From the human T2T-CHM13v2.0 reference genome, Homo sapiens, in the NCBI RefSeq assembly GCF_009914755.1, contig NC_060933.1: DNA of 64,000 nt; one strand, written 5' to 3'. Below, piece by piece: positions 25,354-42,295 of the stretch. Every line of letters begins with the position of its first letter. Position 1 is the first letter of the stretch. The notes beneath the pieces were generated by a model. The model did no database searches. It saw only the letters and a program-made list of their open reading frames with translations, and had not been told where the DNA came from. A program made the position numbers and the translations under genes.

Positions 25354-25739
<386 letters not shown>

Positions 25740-26959
25740 TCATATACCAAGCCTGGCTGTGTCTTCTCACAAATGCACTGCTAGGCACCACCCCCAGTTC
25801 TAGAATCACACCAGCCAGTTCACCCTCCAGATGGTTCACCCTCAACTTCATAAAAGTTCCCTACCTAATCTACTGACAGGCTCATCCCCGACCTAATTTT
25901 AAAGATTTCCTAGGAGCTGCAATGGGAATCCTGGACCTCAGCCTGGACAAAGAACAGCTGCAGGTCATTCTCATGTGTGGACACAGAAGCTCTGCCTGCC
26001 TTTGCTGGCCAGCTGGGCTGAGCGGGCCTGGGAATTAAGGCTGCAGGGTTGGTCCCAGGCAGTCTTGCTGAAGCTTGCCACATCCCCCAGCCTCCTGGAT
26101 TTGCCAGGATCCAAGAGCATGGACTTTAGGAATTCCTGGTGGAGGAGTGAAGAAAATGTGACAGGGTGTCCTAAGCCCCGATCTACAGGAAGAAAACTGG
26201 AAATAAGACTGAGGACTTAGTTTAAGATGTTCCTACTCAGCCTCTAGCTTTTGTGCTACAGTTCTGGGAACAGACTCCTCTCTCCTGAAAACCACTTCCC
26301 TCCGCAGCATTAAATTTCACCAAGATGTCTTGCTTGTGGGAAAGACTTCCAAGGATGCCTGGAGAGAGGAGGATGGAAATGTCCTGCTCTCTAAACAGAT
26401 AGACAGATGCAGCCAGACAGAAAATAGTTTATCTTGCTGAGGTTTCTAATGTATTTGAAAGAGGCCTGGGTCTAGAAGTCTACCCAGAGGGCTCTGTGTT
26501 GTGCACGCAAAGATAAGAACCTTCCCTGTGGGAGTTCCAGAGCCAATTTTCCTAAACACCCATCGGTGACTGTGTTCAGAGTGAGTTCACACCATCCTGA
26601 CCTGCCCTGAGTTAGACCTTACATGGTCTTCCTCCTCTAGGAAGCCTCTGCAGCCCAGGAACCTCCCCTTATCGGAAATGAACAGCATTTGAAGCTTCAC
26701 CCGACAGACCAGACAGCTTAGCCCTCGTGTTGTGCCATGTGGGTTGTTCTCTGAGAGGCAGGAGAGCATAGTGGTTACTAGGAAGGGAAGGACTTTGGGA
26801 CTAGACTGCCTCGGCTGGAGTCCTCTTTCTGCTTCATAGCCACGTGATCCTAGGCATGTTACCTGTGCCTCAGTTTTCACTCTGTCAATATGTAATAACT
26901 GAATCTGTCTTTGTGGTGAGGATTCAGTGAGTTAACATATTTGAAGTGCTTAAAAATGA

Positions 26960-27380
26960 GGCTTGTGTCCATAGATTAATGAGTGAATACACAAATGGTG
27001 ATATGGACATACAGTGGAGTATTAGTCATAAAAAGGAAGGCAGAGCTGATCCATGGCACCATGTGACAGAACCTCAAAAGCATTAGGTTAAGTGGAAGAA
27101 GCCAGACACAGGTCACCTATTGTGTAATTCCATTTATAGGAAATATACAGAATATGTAAATCCGTGGAGAAAGAAAGCCGATTTCCAGGGGCTAAGGGGA
27201 GGGGAGAATGGGAAGTGGCTGCTTCATGGGTACAAGGTTTCATTTTGAGCTGATGAAAATGTTTTGGAACTACATAGAGATAGTGTTGGCACAACATGGT
27301 GAATGTACTGAATGCCACTGATTGTTCACTTTAAAATGGCCAAACTTATATGAATTTCACCTCCATTAAAAAAAAAAAAA
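26960..27380 (+). mobile_element. Old L1M 3' end
   Basis: L1MB-like 3' UTR motifs ending in an A tail. Confidence 0.65.
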
Positions 27381-27439
27381 AAGGACCAGATGTGGTTGCT
27401 CACACCCATAATCCCAACACTTTGGAAAAAGGTGAAAGT

Positions 27440-28027
27440 TTTTTTTTCTTTTTTTTTTTTATATACTTAAGTTCTAGGGTACATGTGCATAATGTGCAGG
27501 TTGGATACATAGATATGCGTGTGCCATGTTGGTTTGCTGCACCCATCAACTTGTCATTTACATTAGGTATTTCTTCTAATGCTATCCCTCCCCCAGCCCC
27601 CCACCCACTGACAGGCCCCAGTGTATGATGTTCTCTGCCCCATGTCCAAGCGTTCTCATTGTTCAATTCCCACCTGTGAGTGAGAACATGCAGTGTTTGG
27701 TTTTCTGTCTTTGTGATAGTTTGCTCAGAATGATGGTTTCCAGCTTCATCCATGTCCCTGCAAAGGACATGAACTCATCCTTTTTAATGGCTGCATAGTA
27801 TCCCATGGTATATATGTGCCACATTCTCTTAATCCAGTCTGTCATTGATGGACATTTGGGTTGGTTCAAAGTCTTTGCTATTGTGAATACTGCCACAATA
27901 AACATACATGTGCATGTGTCTTTATAGTAGCACGATTTATAATCCTTTGGGTATATACCCTAAGACCTGGGACGCATTTAAAGCAGTGTGTAAAGAGACA
28001 TTTATAGCACTAAATGCCCACAAGAGA
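27440..28027 (-). mobile_element. L1PA 3' end (-, 27440-27960) joined to a short + strand ORF2 fragment (~27966-28027)
   Basis: Poly-T, L1PA 3' UTR and ORF2 C-terminus (track 27663..27905), then sense-strand GGACGCATTTAAAGCAGTGTGT L1 ORF2 sequence. Confidence 0.85.
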
Positions 28028-28529
28028 CCTCTGCCTGAGAACGTGGGTTTCAGCCTAAGAGTTGTAATATGTGTGCCCATTCACAGGTGCTGCATCAGAG
28101 TCCCAGGTGGGAAGAAGGCAAGCATACACAAAAATGGTAAAAGGCAGAAAGGAGCCCAGTCTCGTTCTTTTTAAGAAGTTTTCCTAAGAATCTCCACCCA
28201 GCGACTTGCTCTCACATCTTCTTGGCCAGCACTGGACCACACAACTCCTTCTAGATACAGAGGAGTCCTAGGATTCTATGAGAAAGAAGGGGAGGGTGGG
28301 CAAAGGGCAGCCAGCTGTGCAGCATCTGCTGGAGACACCTAACCCTTGGTGGAGGGGTTGTGGTGCTGGGAGAAGGCTTTCTGGACGGTGTGACAGCAGA
28401 GATAAACTTAAAGGCCAAGTAGGAGTTACCCTGGTGAAGCAGGGCAGGGTTACAAGCATTCCAGCAACATGAAGCAGCAGGAGTGTTTTAATTAAAAGAA
28501 GGCAGTTGCTGTAACCAACTATAAACAAA

Positions 28530-30000
<1,471 letters not shown>

Positions 30001-33000
30001 GGAGCTGGGCACAGGGCAGCAGGACTAATCCTTGGAACAGCTCAGGGAGGATTATCCCAGCCACTGTCAGCAGCGGTGCAGCTGGCTCATTCCCATATAG
30101 GGGGAGGCCAGAGCCAGGGGCCTGCCACAAGTTGGAAGGCTGGGGAAGGGGAGGCCAGCAGAGGTGTCCTGGCTGTGGGTGGCTCTGAGGGGGCTCTCAG
30201 GGGTGGGGCTAAATCTCAGGGGCAGGATTATGTAAATCAAACCAATTCTAGCCACAGATTTAAAGTTTGGAAAAAAAAAAAAACCCAGCCTGGCGGAAAG
30301 AATTTAAATTATAAAAACTTAGAAGTATGGAATGTGAAATCATCCTGTAGGTGCTTATTTAACAACGAAATCATCCCGACACAATGAGCCATATGTGAAA
30401 AGTCATCCTTCCCCAACACATCCCCCAACAGGCACTCCTCAAGCCTCTCCCACCCAAGTGCTGGCATCCTCCCTGTCCTGCTTCACCTGAGACACCCCTT
30501 GTCTCATTAGACATGCAACTACGGGAGGGGTGACAGGAAGACAAGACACTATTTCCTCAGGCCCAGTTTGGTGTGGGGAGAAAGCCTCCTGATCCTGAAA
30601 GCAAGAATTTGACCAGAGCAGAAGTAATCAGTATGCAGATTGATTCTGTGGTATGTTAATGTTTATGCATAGATTATGAGGACCAGGTGAAAAGTGGGCC
30701 AGGGGAGCCAGATGTGTGTGTGAGTCATGGGTGGCTGAGATGAGGACAGGAGGGAAACTGGTTCGGAGGCTGCTGGCGATGGGGTGGGGGTGCCAGGAGG
30801 AAGGGAGGCAGTTGTTTGAATGTCTGCATGAAAAAGCGGACGACAGCGGGGTCTGGGTGAATTCGGGCAACCATTTGGACCGTGGAGAAAACTGCCTGCG
30901 TGCGGCTGAGGACCTGCACTATTAATTTGTTTTTTAGCTAAGGCAAAGATAAATATAAAAACTGATACTCCACCCAGTTACCAGAAAACATTTAGGTATG
31001 TGTGAGACAACTTGGGTATGTGAACCTACCTTTTCAATGTAAATTCAGTGAAATCTAAGTGCAGATCCCATATTTCCAATAAAAAGGTAACATCCAAACT
31101 CAGATGTCCTATGAGTATAAAATACACAAAGATCTTCTGGACTTAGTATGAAAAGGGATTTTTTTTTTGTCAGGTACCTCACTAGTTATTTTTAAAATAG
31201 GATTGCATGTTGAAATGATAATCTTTTGGATATATTGGGTTAAATAAATTTATTATTAAAGTTAATTTCACTTAAAAATGTTTAATGTAGCTACTAGAAA
31301 TTTTAAAATTAAGCATGTTGCTCACCTTATGTTTCTATTGGACGGCTCTCTCTAGATACAAAGGCTGCCAAGAGGGACCTCACTCTAGCTTCAGGGAGAA
31401 GAGAGGAATTAGCAAGGCCAAGCAGAGGCTCCTGAGGGCAGGGCCAAGGGCGGCTTGGTGGGGTGGGGATGGGATGCACAGAGATAACTCCAACCCTTAA
31501 GAAGGTGTTTCCTAGAGCAGGCTGTGACCTGTCAGTTTATATACTGAGGCTTAGGAGCCTCTTGGATGCCCCCAGATCTGCACCCCTGAATTGCCCTGTG
31601 CCCCTGCCGTCTTTGTTCCTGTGCTGGCATAGTGGTCTCACCTCCGGCAGTATCACCACCACTGGGCACAAGCTTCTCCAGCACAGCAACTGTGTCTTAT
31701 TTCTCCTTGTACTCCCAGTGTTCACACCATGCTGCACTCACAGAAGACTCTTCGTTGATATTTTGTGGACAGAGAGAATGCCTGTGAGAGTGGGCTGAAG
31801 TGTGCGTTGGGCTCCAGAGACCTTAAGGAGGGGAGACCAGGTCCTGAGTAAAGTTGAAGGGGAGGGGCTGAGTCCTGCTAGCCAGGAGTCTCATCCCCTG
31901 GGGAAGTTCCAGGGACCCCTCAGAAGTGCAAGGGGACGGTGTTAGTGTTAGTCCAGTAACACAGCCCAGAGCCTGCCTTCCACGTGGGTTTGACAGGAGC
32001 CTCCTAACTGCTCTTCTGCTTCCATTTTTGCCCCTTCAGTCTATTCTCAACAGGGAAGCCAGAGGCATCCTTAACCATGTCAGATCATGTGGCTCCTCAG
32101 CTCAAAGCCTCATCTCAGAGGAAAGCTCTGGTCCCTTAGAAATGGCCCAGGTGGTGACAGACAGACTCTAAGGTGAGCAGACTGTTGCTAGATATCTGGG
32201 CTCGGAGGACTCGCCACTGCTCAAAGGCAGTGAGGATTTTCGCACTAGAAGCTGGAGGACAGGGATCCTTGTTAGGTAGGAGCAGAAAGCTTAGAAAAGT
32301 GGTCTCCTGCAGTTACGTGGCAAACACATCATGTAAGTGATAAATTGGGTATGCAGTTGAGGAGATTTCCAAGTAAAATGTTGAGGATGCTGCCTGGTTT
32401 CTTCTTACTGCTTATAATATAGTGTGAGAGAAGAGAGATAAATTGAGAAAGAGACTGGTTTTTAAACTGTTAAAATTGAATCAGGACTTGATGATTTTGA
32501 AAATTGTCAGTCTCCCCACATGGAAAAAGATGCTGAAATTAACAAATGGCTTCTGAGCATGTGGCATAGGGTGTAACTGTACAGTCTTTTGTGATTATGC
32601 ATAAAGATCAAAGGATGGGAGTAGCAATGAGTCACACAGAGGTCTGTTGCAAGAGATTACAAGGGTGTACCATGCAGAACCTCTCCACCAAACCTTAGGG
32701 CCCCTGGGAAGCTTCAGTGAGTTACCCTGGGGGCCATCTTGGCAGGAGCTGAAGGTAGAAAGGTAGAGTTTATCTCTAAAAGATTCATGGGTATGGCTCT
32801 TGACAAGTCGACTATGAGCCCCACTGAAACCCACAGAGGACAGGCAAAGGGTTTGGGAAAGCTGTTTCACCCACAGTGCTGGCAGATTGGTCTGTAGGGG
32901 ACAGAGTGCAAAATGAAAGAAGACTGTCAGAGCCCCCAAACTCTGCTGTCAAGAAGAAGGCTGATAAAACTACTTGGCTGCAAACACGTGGATCTTTCGT

Positions 33001-33541
33001 GAGAAAAGAAGGATGACCCAGAGGCAGAAGCCCAGAAGGCAGAGCCAAGAGACATGGAATCTTCCCACATCTTAAAACCTGTTTAGGGAACACCAGCGTC
33101 TGCCCAGCTGGATTTCAGAACCACCATTCCTTCATCCCTCCTCTGCTGCCTCTTTCTGAACAGCAATGTCTCAAGCTTTACCCACCATTGTGTGTTGCAT
33201 ATGTAGAGGGCAGATAGCTTGTATCTTTAGTTTTCCAGATCAGAGGAACATCCAAAGAAATCTGTTCTACACCTAAACCCGATTTAGATGAGATTCGGGA
33301 CTGTGAGCATGAAGGGATCTCAAGAGGGGTGAATGTGTTTTGCATGCACAAGGGACAGGAGTCTTGGGGACAGAGGACAGGCTGTGGTGGCAGATACTAA
33401 GGTGACCCCCACAACCCCCACCTCTGCCATTCACACCCTTGAATAATCCCCTTCTCTGGTTGTAAGCAGAACCTGTGGCTTGCTTATGAAGGAGGCGGTA
33501 TATATGTGATTCATGTACTGATCATATTGTATAAGATCACT

Positions 33542-33844
<303 letters not shown>

Positions 33845-34420
33845 TTAAGATCATAACCTGTCTTTCTGGGGACTCTCTCTTGACGCCTTTGAAGAAGCAG
33901 GCTGCCATGTTGCAAGCTGCCTCATGGAGGGGATCAGCTGCGAGGAGCTAAGAGCCCCCTCCAGTCGATGCTCACCAGGAAGCTGAGGTCTTGTGTCCAG
34001 CACCCTGCATGGAACTGAATGCTGCCACGTGAGCTTGGAAGCAGAGCCATCCACACAGCTGAGCCCCAGATGAGAACCCAGTGCTGGCTGACACCCTGAT
34101 GACACCTTACAGAGGACCAGTTAGGCTGTGCCAACTCCTGACCTGCAGAAGCTGGGGAACATTGGGTCATATTTGCAGCTGCTGGATTTGTGGGAATTTG
34201 TCACACAGCAATTGGGAGTCACACAGCCTGTGACGCCCCAACAATCCACACCTCCTGCATCTCCCTGCCTTCACTTCCTAGCACACTGCCCTGACTCCCT
34301 CTGCCGTAGCCACACTGGCCCTCTGCTGTTCTTCGAAGCCACCAGGCCTGCATTGGCTCCCAGCCTTTGCTCTCACTGCTTTCTCCTCCTAGAGAGCCCT
34401 TCCTGCATGTATATGTTTGA

Positions 34421-34818
<398 letters not shown>

Positions 34819-35806
34819 GCTTTCTTTCTCTCCAATGTGTTTGCCTGTTTTATTTACTGCTGTATCCCCGGGTCATAGGAGGTGCTCACTAAGTACTAGC
34901 AGAGAAAATGAGTGAGCAGTGGGGATTCATGGATGGAGGATGGTTATGCTGATGAGCAGGAAGAGACTGGGAGGCTGGAGGCCATTTTCTGGCTGGCGGA
35001 CCTCCAGAGTCAGAACTCCAACATGCTCTTCCTTGACACATCCTTTACGATAGAATATGTAGTCTTGCAGGAGGGGAATGGACTGTGAGTCTATTCCTAT
35101 GTTCTATAAAACACCGATGACTATGGATATACATCTGGTTGCTTTAAGTGTGTGCAGTGACCTGCACAATGTCACACCTAGTAACTGGTCGGTAGTAACA
35201 GAAGTGCCTCTCCTTTCCTCCTCTTTATACATGAGGATGGCTGGATACAGAGTGGTCCAACTTGACCAAGGTCACTCTCGTCATTTCATTCCAGATCTAG
35301 GAGACAGAAAGGAGTTCTCCTGATGCTAGTCCCCAGCTGGAGAAAGTGGCTTGGTGCAGAAACATCCCCAGGGGCAGCCAGCCTTCTAGGGAATGGAAAG
35401 AGAGGCAAGAGCAGTGGGTTCGAAGCCAGCTCCATTGGGAAGTGCAGACAGCCTCAGGACAGACCTCCACCCTGGTGGGGAGCCACCATGGTCACCTGGC
35501 TGAATGTGGGTTGAATTTGGATCAGACAGGATGACGAGGGAGCTGCCACTTGCCGGACGCCAGATGCCCCCGGGTGACACACAGAAGGGCAGATGTGGTC
35601 CCGGCTCCCAGGGGAGCAGGGTTCTCTGGGCGTTGGCCAGGCAAAGAAGAGCCGGAGAACCAGAGTGGCCCCGCCAGGCCTTCCTCTGTCCAGCTCTCCT
35701 GTGCACTCCTCCTCCCCCTTCCTTCCCTCTTCTGCCTGACTTCCTCTTCTGGCACTGTCCTTCCTTGTTGCTGTTTCCCCCTCTCCCTCTTGTCTTTACC
35801 TCCTTG

Positions 35807-36995
35807 GGTTTATTTTATTTTATTTTAAGCTCTAGGATACATGTGCAGAATGTGCAGGCTTGTTACATAGGTAAATGTGTGCCAAGGTGGTTTGCTGCAC
35901 TTATCAACCCGTCACCTAGGTATTAAGCCCCACATGCATTAGCTATTTGTCCTGATGCTCTCCCTCCCCTCACCCCCACAACAGGCCCTGGTGTATGTTG
36001 TTCCCCACCCTGTGTCCATGTGCTTTCATTGTTTAGCTCCCACTTATGAGTGAGAACATGCAGTGTTTGGTTTTCTGTTCCTGTGTTATTTTGCTGAGGA
36101 CGATGGTTTCCAGTTCTATCCATGTCCCTGCAAAGGACATGATTTCATTCCTTTTTATGGTTGCATAGTATTCCATGCTGTATATGTACCACATTTTCTT
36201 TATCCAGTCTATCACTGATGGTCATTTGGGTTGGTTCCATGTCTTTGCTATTGTGAATAGTGCTGCAATAAACATACGTGTGTATGTGTCTTTATAAAAG
36301 AATGATTTCTTTTCCTTTGGGTATATACCCAGTAATGGGATTCCTGGGTCAAATGGTATTTCTGGTTCTGGACCCTTGAGGAATTGCCATGCTGTCTTCC
36401 ACCATGGTTGAACTAATTTACATTCCCACCAACAGTGTAAAAAATTCCTGTTTCTCCACAGCCTCCCCAACATCTGCGTTTCTTGACTTTTTAATAATCG
36501 CCATTCTGACTGGCATAAATGGTATCTCACTGAGGTTTTGATCTGCATGTCTCTAATGATCAGTGATGTTGAGCTTTTTCTCACATGTTTGTTGGCCGCA
36601 TAAATGTCTTCTTTTGAGAAGTGTCTGTTCATGTCTTTGCCCACTTTTTGATGGGGATGGGTTTTTTTCTTGTAAATTTATTTAAGTTCCTTGTAAATTC
36701 TGGATATTAGACCTTTGTCAGATGAATAGATTGCAAAAATTTTCTCCCATTCTGTAGGTTACCTATGCACTCTGAAGATAGTTTCTTTCACTGTGCAGAA
36801 GCTCTTTAGTGTAATTATGTCCCATTTGTCAATTTTAGCTTTTGTTGAAATTGCTTTTGGCAATTTCATCATAAAATCTTTGCCCATGCCTATGTTCTGA
36901 ATGGTATTGCCTAGATTTTCTTCTAGGATTTTTATAGTTTGGGGTTTTACATTTAAGTATTTCATCTATCTGAGTTAACTTTTGTATAAGGTATA
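35807..36995 (-). mobile_element. L1PA 3' portion (ORF2 C-terminus and 3' UTR)
   Basis: ORF2 peptides KDMNRHFSKEDIYAANKH and CWWECKLVQP in track ORF 36222..36644. Confidence 0.93.
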
Positions 36996-37749
36996 AGGAA
37001 GCCCCTCTTGTAGCAGTGTGGGGAGTGATTAGGAGTGGGATGGGACGGGAGGAAGAGTAAGCCATCTTGAGGCAGTTGTAACAGTCATAGGGAGAGATCA
37101 GATCACAAGATCTGGAGCTGGTCCACAAGCTCAGGGCTGGAAAATGTAGTTGTTCCCAGTTAATACTTCTGGAGTTGGAAAGTATAAAGAGCTATGTCAG
37201 TGTCAAGATCCCTGGTAGTTTGGGGCAGGGTACAATTACTCCTCTGGAGTGGATCTCATCGTGGCCCTCTGGGTGTCTGGAGGGCCCAGACAGAATCCCT
37301 TACTATGGACTGGCGTCTTGCTGGTATTCCCATTGAGGACTGGTGGGGAGAGCCATCATCACCATGGCAGTCCCCACACCTTGCAACCTTAGTACCTGTG
37401 TGATTGGTGATGGGTGAGGAACAGAACATCATTTACATATATAAAGAACAGCACGCTGTCTTCTTCCTTGAAGAGGAGCTGACCCTCCTCCCTGCTTGGC
37501 CATCATGCTCAGCCATGGGCCTGGGCTTGGTTGATGGGAGGGAACAAAAAGAATATGGGCCATCTGATCACATGGCTCTGGTTTTGAGCCCCAGCTGTGC
37601 TACTTAGTAGCTGAGTGATCTTGGGAAGCCACTTCACTTCTCTGAGCTTCATTTTTCTCCCATGCAAGATGGAGATAACAATTCTCTTGTAACTCAACTC
37701 TATCTTTATCCCTTAGTGAATCTTACCTAAATCCACATCTTCAATTTTT

Positions 37750-38545
37750 TTAATTTTTAATTAAGGTAAGATTTACATGCAGTAAAATTTATACGTTTTA
37801 GAGTGTAGTTCTGTGAGTTTTGACAAATGCATACAGTTGTGTAACCACATCACAATTGAGATACAGAGCAGCTCCATCACTCCCCAAAATTCACAACCCT
37901 CCCCACACCTCCTTGCAGTCAGCTACCCCCATCTCTGCCCCAGGCAACCTCAGATCTGATTTCATCACTAAGGATTAGTTTTTCCTAGAGTTTCGTAAAA
38001 ATTGCATCATACATATGTACTTTTTTACATCTGACTTCTTTCACTCATCATGTTGTTACATGGACCTGTAGTTTCTTTCTGTTGAAGAGCAATATTCCAT
38101 TGTATAGATGGACCACCATTTGTCATCTATTCACAATCCATGCACATTGGGTTGTTTCCGTTTGAGGGTTATAATGGCTACAGCCGCAATGAACATTATT
38201 TTGCAAATTTTTCAGTAGACAAATGATTTTATTTCTGTTGGGTAAATAGGAATGCAATGGCTGAGTTGTATGGTATGTATATATTGAAATTCTGTAGAAA
38301 CTACTTGTTTTCCAAAGGAGTTGTACAATTTTCCATGTCCCCCATAATATATGAGGGTTTTGGTTGTTCTGCATCCTGGGAACATTTAGCATTGTCAGTC
38401 TTTTAAAATTTTATTCATTCTAGTGTGAAATGGTATCTCATTGTGGTTTTAACTTGCATTTTTCTAATGGCTAATGATGTTGAGTACTTATGTATTTATT
38501 GGTCATTTGGATAATCTATTTTGTGAAGTGCCTGTTCAAGCCTTT
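37750..38545 (-). mobile_element. Ancient L1M 3' fragment
   Basis: Degenerate antisense L1 ORF2 end / 3' UTR motifs. Confidence 0.65.
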
Positions 38546-38927
38546 TGTGTGTCTGCAATTTTTACTAGAGAGTTTATTTCTTCTTATTTAAACCTCACTC
38601 TGGGCCCCGGACAAATATATCAATGGAATTATTCATACTGCTGCTTGTATGTTTCGAAAGGACCTCAGCTGAACATAAAGGTAAACTTACAATTTTCTCT
38701 CTCACTCTTCCCCCCTCCACTTTCAGACCTTGGCCTCCACCACTGACACATCCTCTAGTAGATGACCTCATCATCCACACAGTGGCACAGACCAGAAACC
38801 TAGGCAGCATTCCTGATACCTCTTCTCATCTGTTTCCCTACTCCCACCCAATCCATCGTGTTTCCTCCTGCCTATTTCTTGAACCCAATCAATTCCCCCA
38901 AATTCCTCCATCTCCACCATTGCCTAA

Positions 38928-39289
<362 letters not shown>

Positions 39290-39994
39290 CAATAGCTTCC
39301 TTTCTAACAAGTCTTGTTCCCTTCAGGCTGTACTCCATGTACCAATCAGTGTCAGGCCTTTAGAAAACACAGATGTGATTGTAAGACTCTCTTATCCAAA
39401 TCCTTAATGGCAGCCCATAACTCTTAACATAATTATTTGTTCCTTAATGTGATCTGTAAGACGAGCCATGCCCCAGCCAGACGGTTGTCTTCGAGCCGTG
39501 GTTCTAGGCTCCTTGTGTCTCAGGGCCTTTGCACAGACTGACCTGTGTTTGCAACACTCCTTCTCTCATCTTCACCTCACTAACTCCTGCTCATTCTTCA
39601 CATCGCAGTTCAAATTTCACTTCCTCCAAGAAGTCTGCCCTGTTCAGAGACAAGATTAGGAATGCTCTACGCTTCTTTCATAGACTTATCTTATAATGAT
39701 GTATTTCTGGGACTATTCAAAGTATGTTTCTCTCACTAGACTAATAAGCTCTGTGGGGAACGAATCTGTTTCGTTTGTGGTGCGTCCGGGTACCTAACAC
39801 CAGGACCGGCTACGTAACATGAGGCCCAGGGCAAAATGAAAACGCAGTGCTTCTGTTCAAAGAGCAGGAAAAAGCGTCATTGAAGGTGCTCAAATATACG
39901 GTGTTTTCCTTTCTTCTGTGTTCTCTCTCACTTGACTTGTCATGGTATTTTTATTTGCTATTTAATGTCATGCTAAGTTAAAAAACAAATTTAA

Positions 39995-40340
<346 letters not shown>

Positions 40341-40618
40341 TTATATTGTAGGACGCAAGGTATAAATGAAAATATTAGCATTGACCTCATATGTAGAATC
40401 AACACAATTACACAATTCACATTCCACAGCTCATCCGTGTGTATGTATTTCATTCTTGCTAAACCAGTAGATACGCTGCACAAAACTAGCCCAGCTCTTT
40501 CTATCTCACTTCCTGACACCCACACACTCCAGCAACACTCTCTACCTTGGGATCATGCACACTAACGAAGGACTGAAAGGACAGGAGCTATAGGCTGCTC
40601 TCTCTTCCCCTTTCCTTG

Positions 40619-40698
40619 TTCCATACAAGTACTAACGAGGCCAGGCCCTGCTTAGCTTCTGAGACAGATTGGGCACCCTCAGGGCACTGTGGCCATAG
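40619..40698 (-). pseudogene. Degenerate 5S rRNA-derived fragment
   Basis: - strand CTATGGCCACAGTGCCCTGAGGGTGCCCAATCTGTCTCAGAAGCTAAGCAGGGCCTGGCCTCGTTAGTACTTGTATGG aligns to 5S nt ~3-90 with a short deletion. Confidence 0.75.
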
Positions 40699-42002
40699 TG
40701 TCCTGCCCTTTCCTTTCATGTCGTCTCAACACAGGGGTCGGTTAGCACGGGGAAGTAACTCCAATAAGAGAGGATACAACAGGGCTCCTCAGTCATTTGT
40801 GTCTCTTCAAATGTCATTGCCTTCTTTCTGTGTACAAGCGCATTCTGGTTTCAGTGGAAAGTGAGGCCTCTCCAGATGGTTAGTGCCCCGCTCACTCAGT
40901 CACTGACTAACAACCCTGCCTCTACTCACAGCATGCTGAGTTTCCTGCACATCCCACAGCATGGCTCCCCAGGGGCATGGAGAAGATTATGTGAATGGGG
41001 CGGCAGGGAACGGCGGCCACACACATCACATGTGGCTCCTCTGCTCCTGTGCATGCCGCCTTGTCCTACAGGACTTCGCTGACAAAACAGAAGTGTAAAG
41101 ATATCGTTATTAATGTGACAGCAGAGTGTTAAACCGAATGCGGGGCACTTTCAAGTGCAGGACACTATGCAACTGACTTCGCAGGACTCAGAAAGTGGCC
41201 CTGCCTAGCACATGGCCACATAGCAGATGCTAATCAATGTGTTAAGTAAAGGAATGACGGGTTGTCACCTGATAGAAGATAAACAGTTCTTCTGGTTTTG
41301 ATACAAACTAAAGGCCTCTCTCCTCCATCACCTTGGAGATCCCACATAAATATCAGAGGGGCACCACTGCCTGTGACTGCCTATCTTTCTGGAGAGGAGA
41401 GAGGGAGTTGCTCTAATATGTCAGAGCAAGAGTGAGAAGGAGGGTATGAGGGGAAGCTGACAGGGCTTATCTGTGAATTAATCACCACACTTTGCATGTA
41501 CTGCAGGTCACACCTTGTATCCTATGCTCTTAAGACATGGTCCAAGTGTGAACTAAGCTCATAGCTCACTGCCTTCATCCACCTCTGTCACCGCTCCAGA
41601 AGAGAGCTCGAGTTGCTACTTCGTTAGCAGAAGGCCTCTGGACCCATCCTGGAGGGGTCCGGGAGCAGAGAGAGCAGCTCAGTCAAGGTCAGAGCCACAG
41701 GTTGCTGGACCTTCTCAAATTCCTCATGTACTGCCTTGATTTTCATCACATGCAGAAAGATCTCTGAGAATCACAAAGCCCAAGAGCCAGGAGACCTGGG
41801 TTCAAAATCTGGCTTTGTGTGAGCCTGGGCAAGTGATATCTTCTCTCTGGGCCTCATTATCTGCTCCATTAAATAAGAAAAGGAACTAGTTAAGTGGCCT
41901 AAAAGCAATGTTTCCCAGGAGCTCTGATGTCTCAGGAATTGCACTGGTTGGGACAGGGGAGATTCTCCCCAGCTTCAGTCAGCAGTAATAATAATAACAG
42001 GA

Positions 42003-42295
42003 GGCCGGGTGCGGTGGCTCACGCCTGTAATCCCAGCACTTTGGGAAGCCAAGGGGGGTGGATCACAAGGTCAGGAGATCGAGACAATCCTGGCCAACAT
42101 GGTGAAACCCTGTCTCTACTAAAAATACAAAAATTAGCTGGGCATGGTGGCGTGTGCCTGTACTCCCAGCTACTTGGGAGGCTGAGGCAGGAGAATCACC
42201 TGAACCTGGGAGGTGGAGGTTGCATGAGCCAAGATCGCACCACTGCACTCCAGCCTGGCAACAGAGTGAGGCTCCGTCTCAAATAATAATAATAG
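42003..42295 (+). mobile_element. AluS
   Basis: Full dimer with (AAT)n tail. Confidence 0.9.

Noticed and set aside
30725-30919. 64-aa minus-strand ORF VLSRTQAVFSTVQMVARIHPDP as part of the dead-exon chain
   Set aside because: Weak acceptor, no clear donor, and its phase does not fit between the neighbouring candidate exons
35100-35298. Strong minus-strand acceptor at 35297 as another dead exon
   Set aside because: The downstream sequence (GTGACCTTGGTCAAGTT...CCTCATGTATAAA) looks like a MIR core and has stops in all three frames
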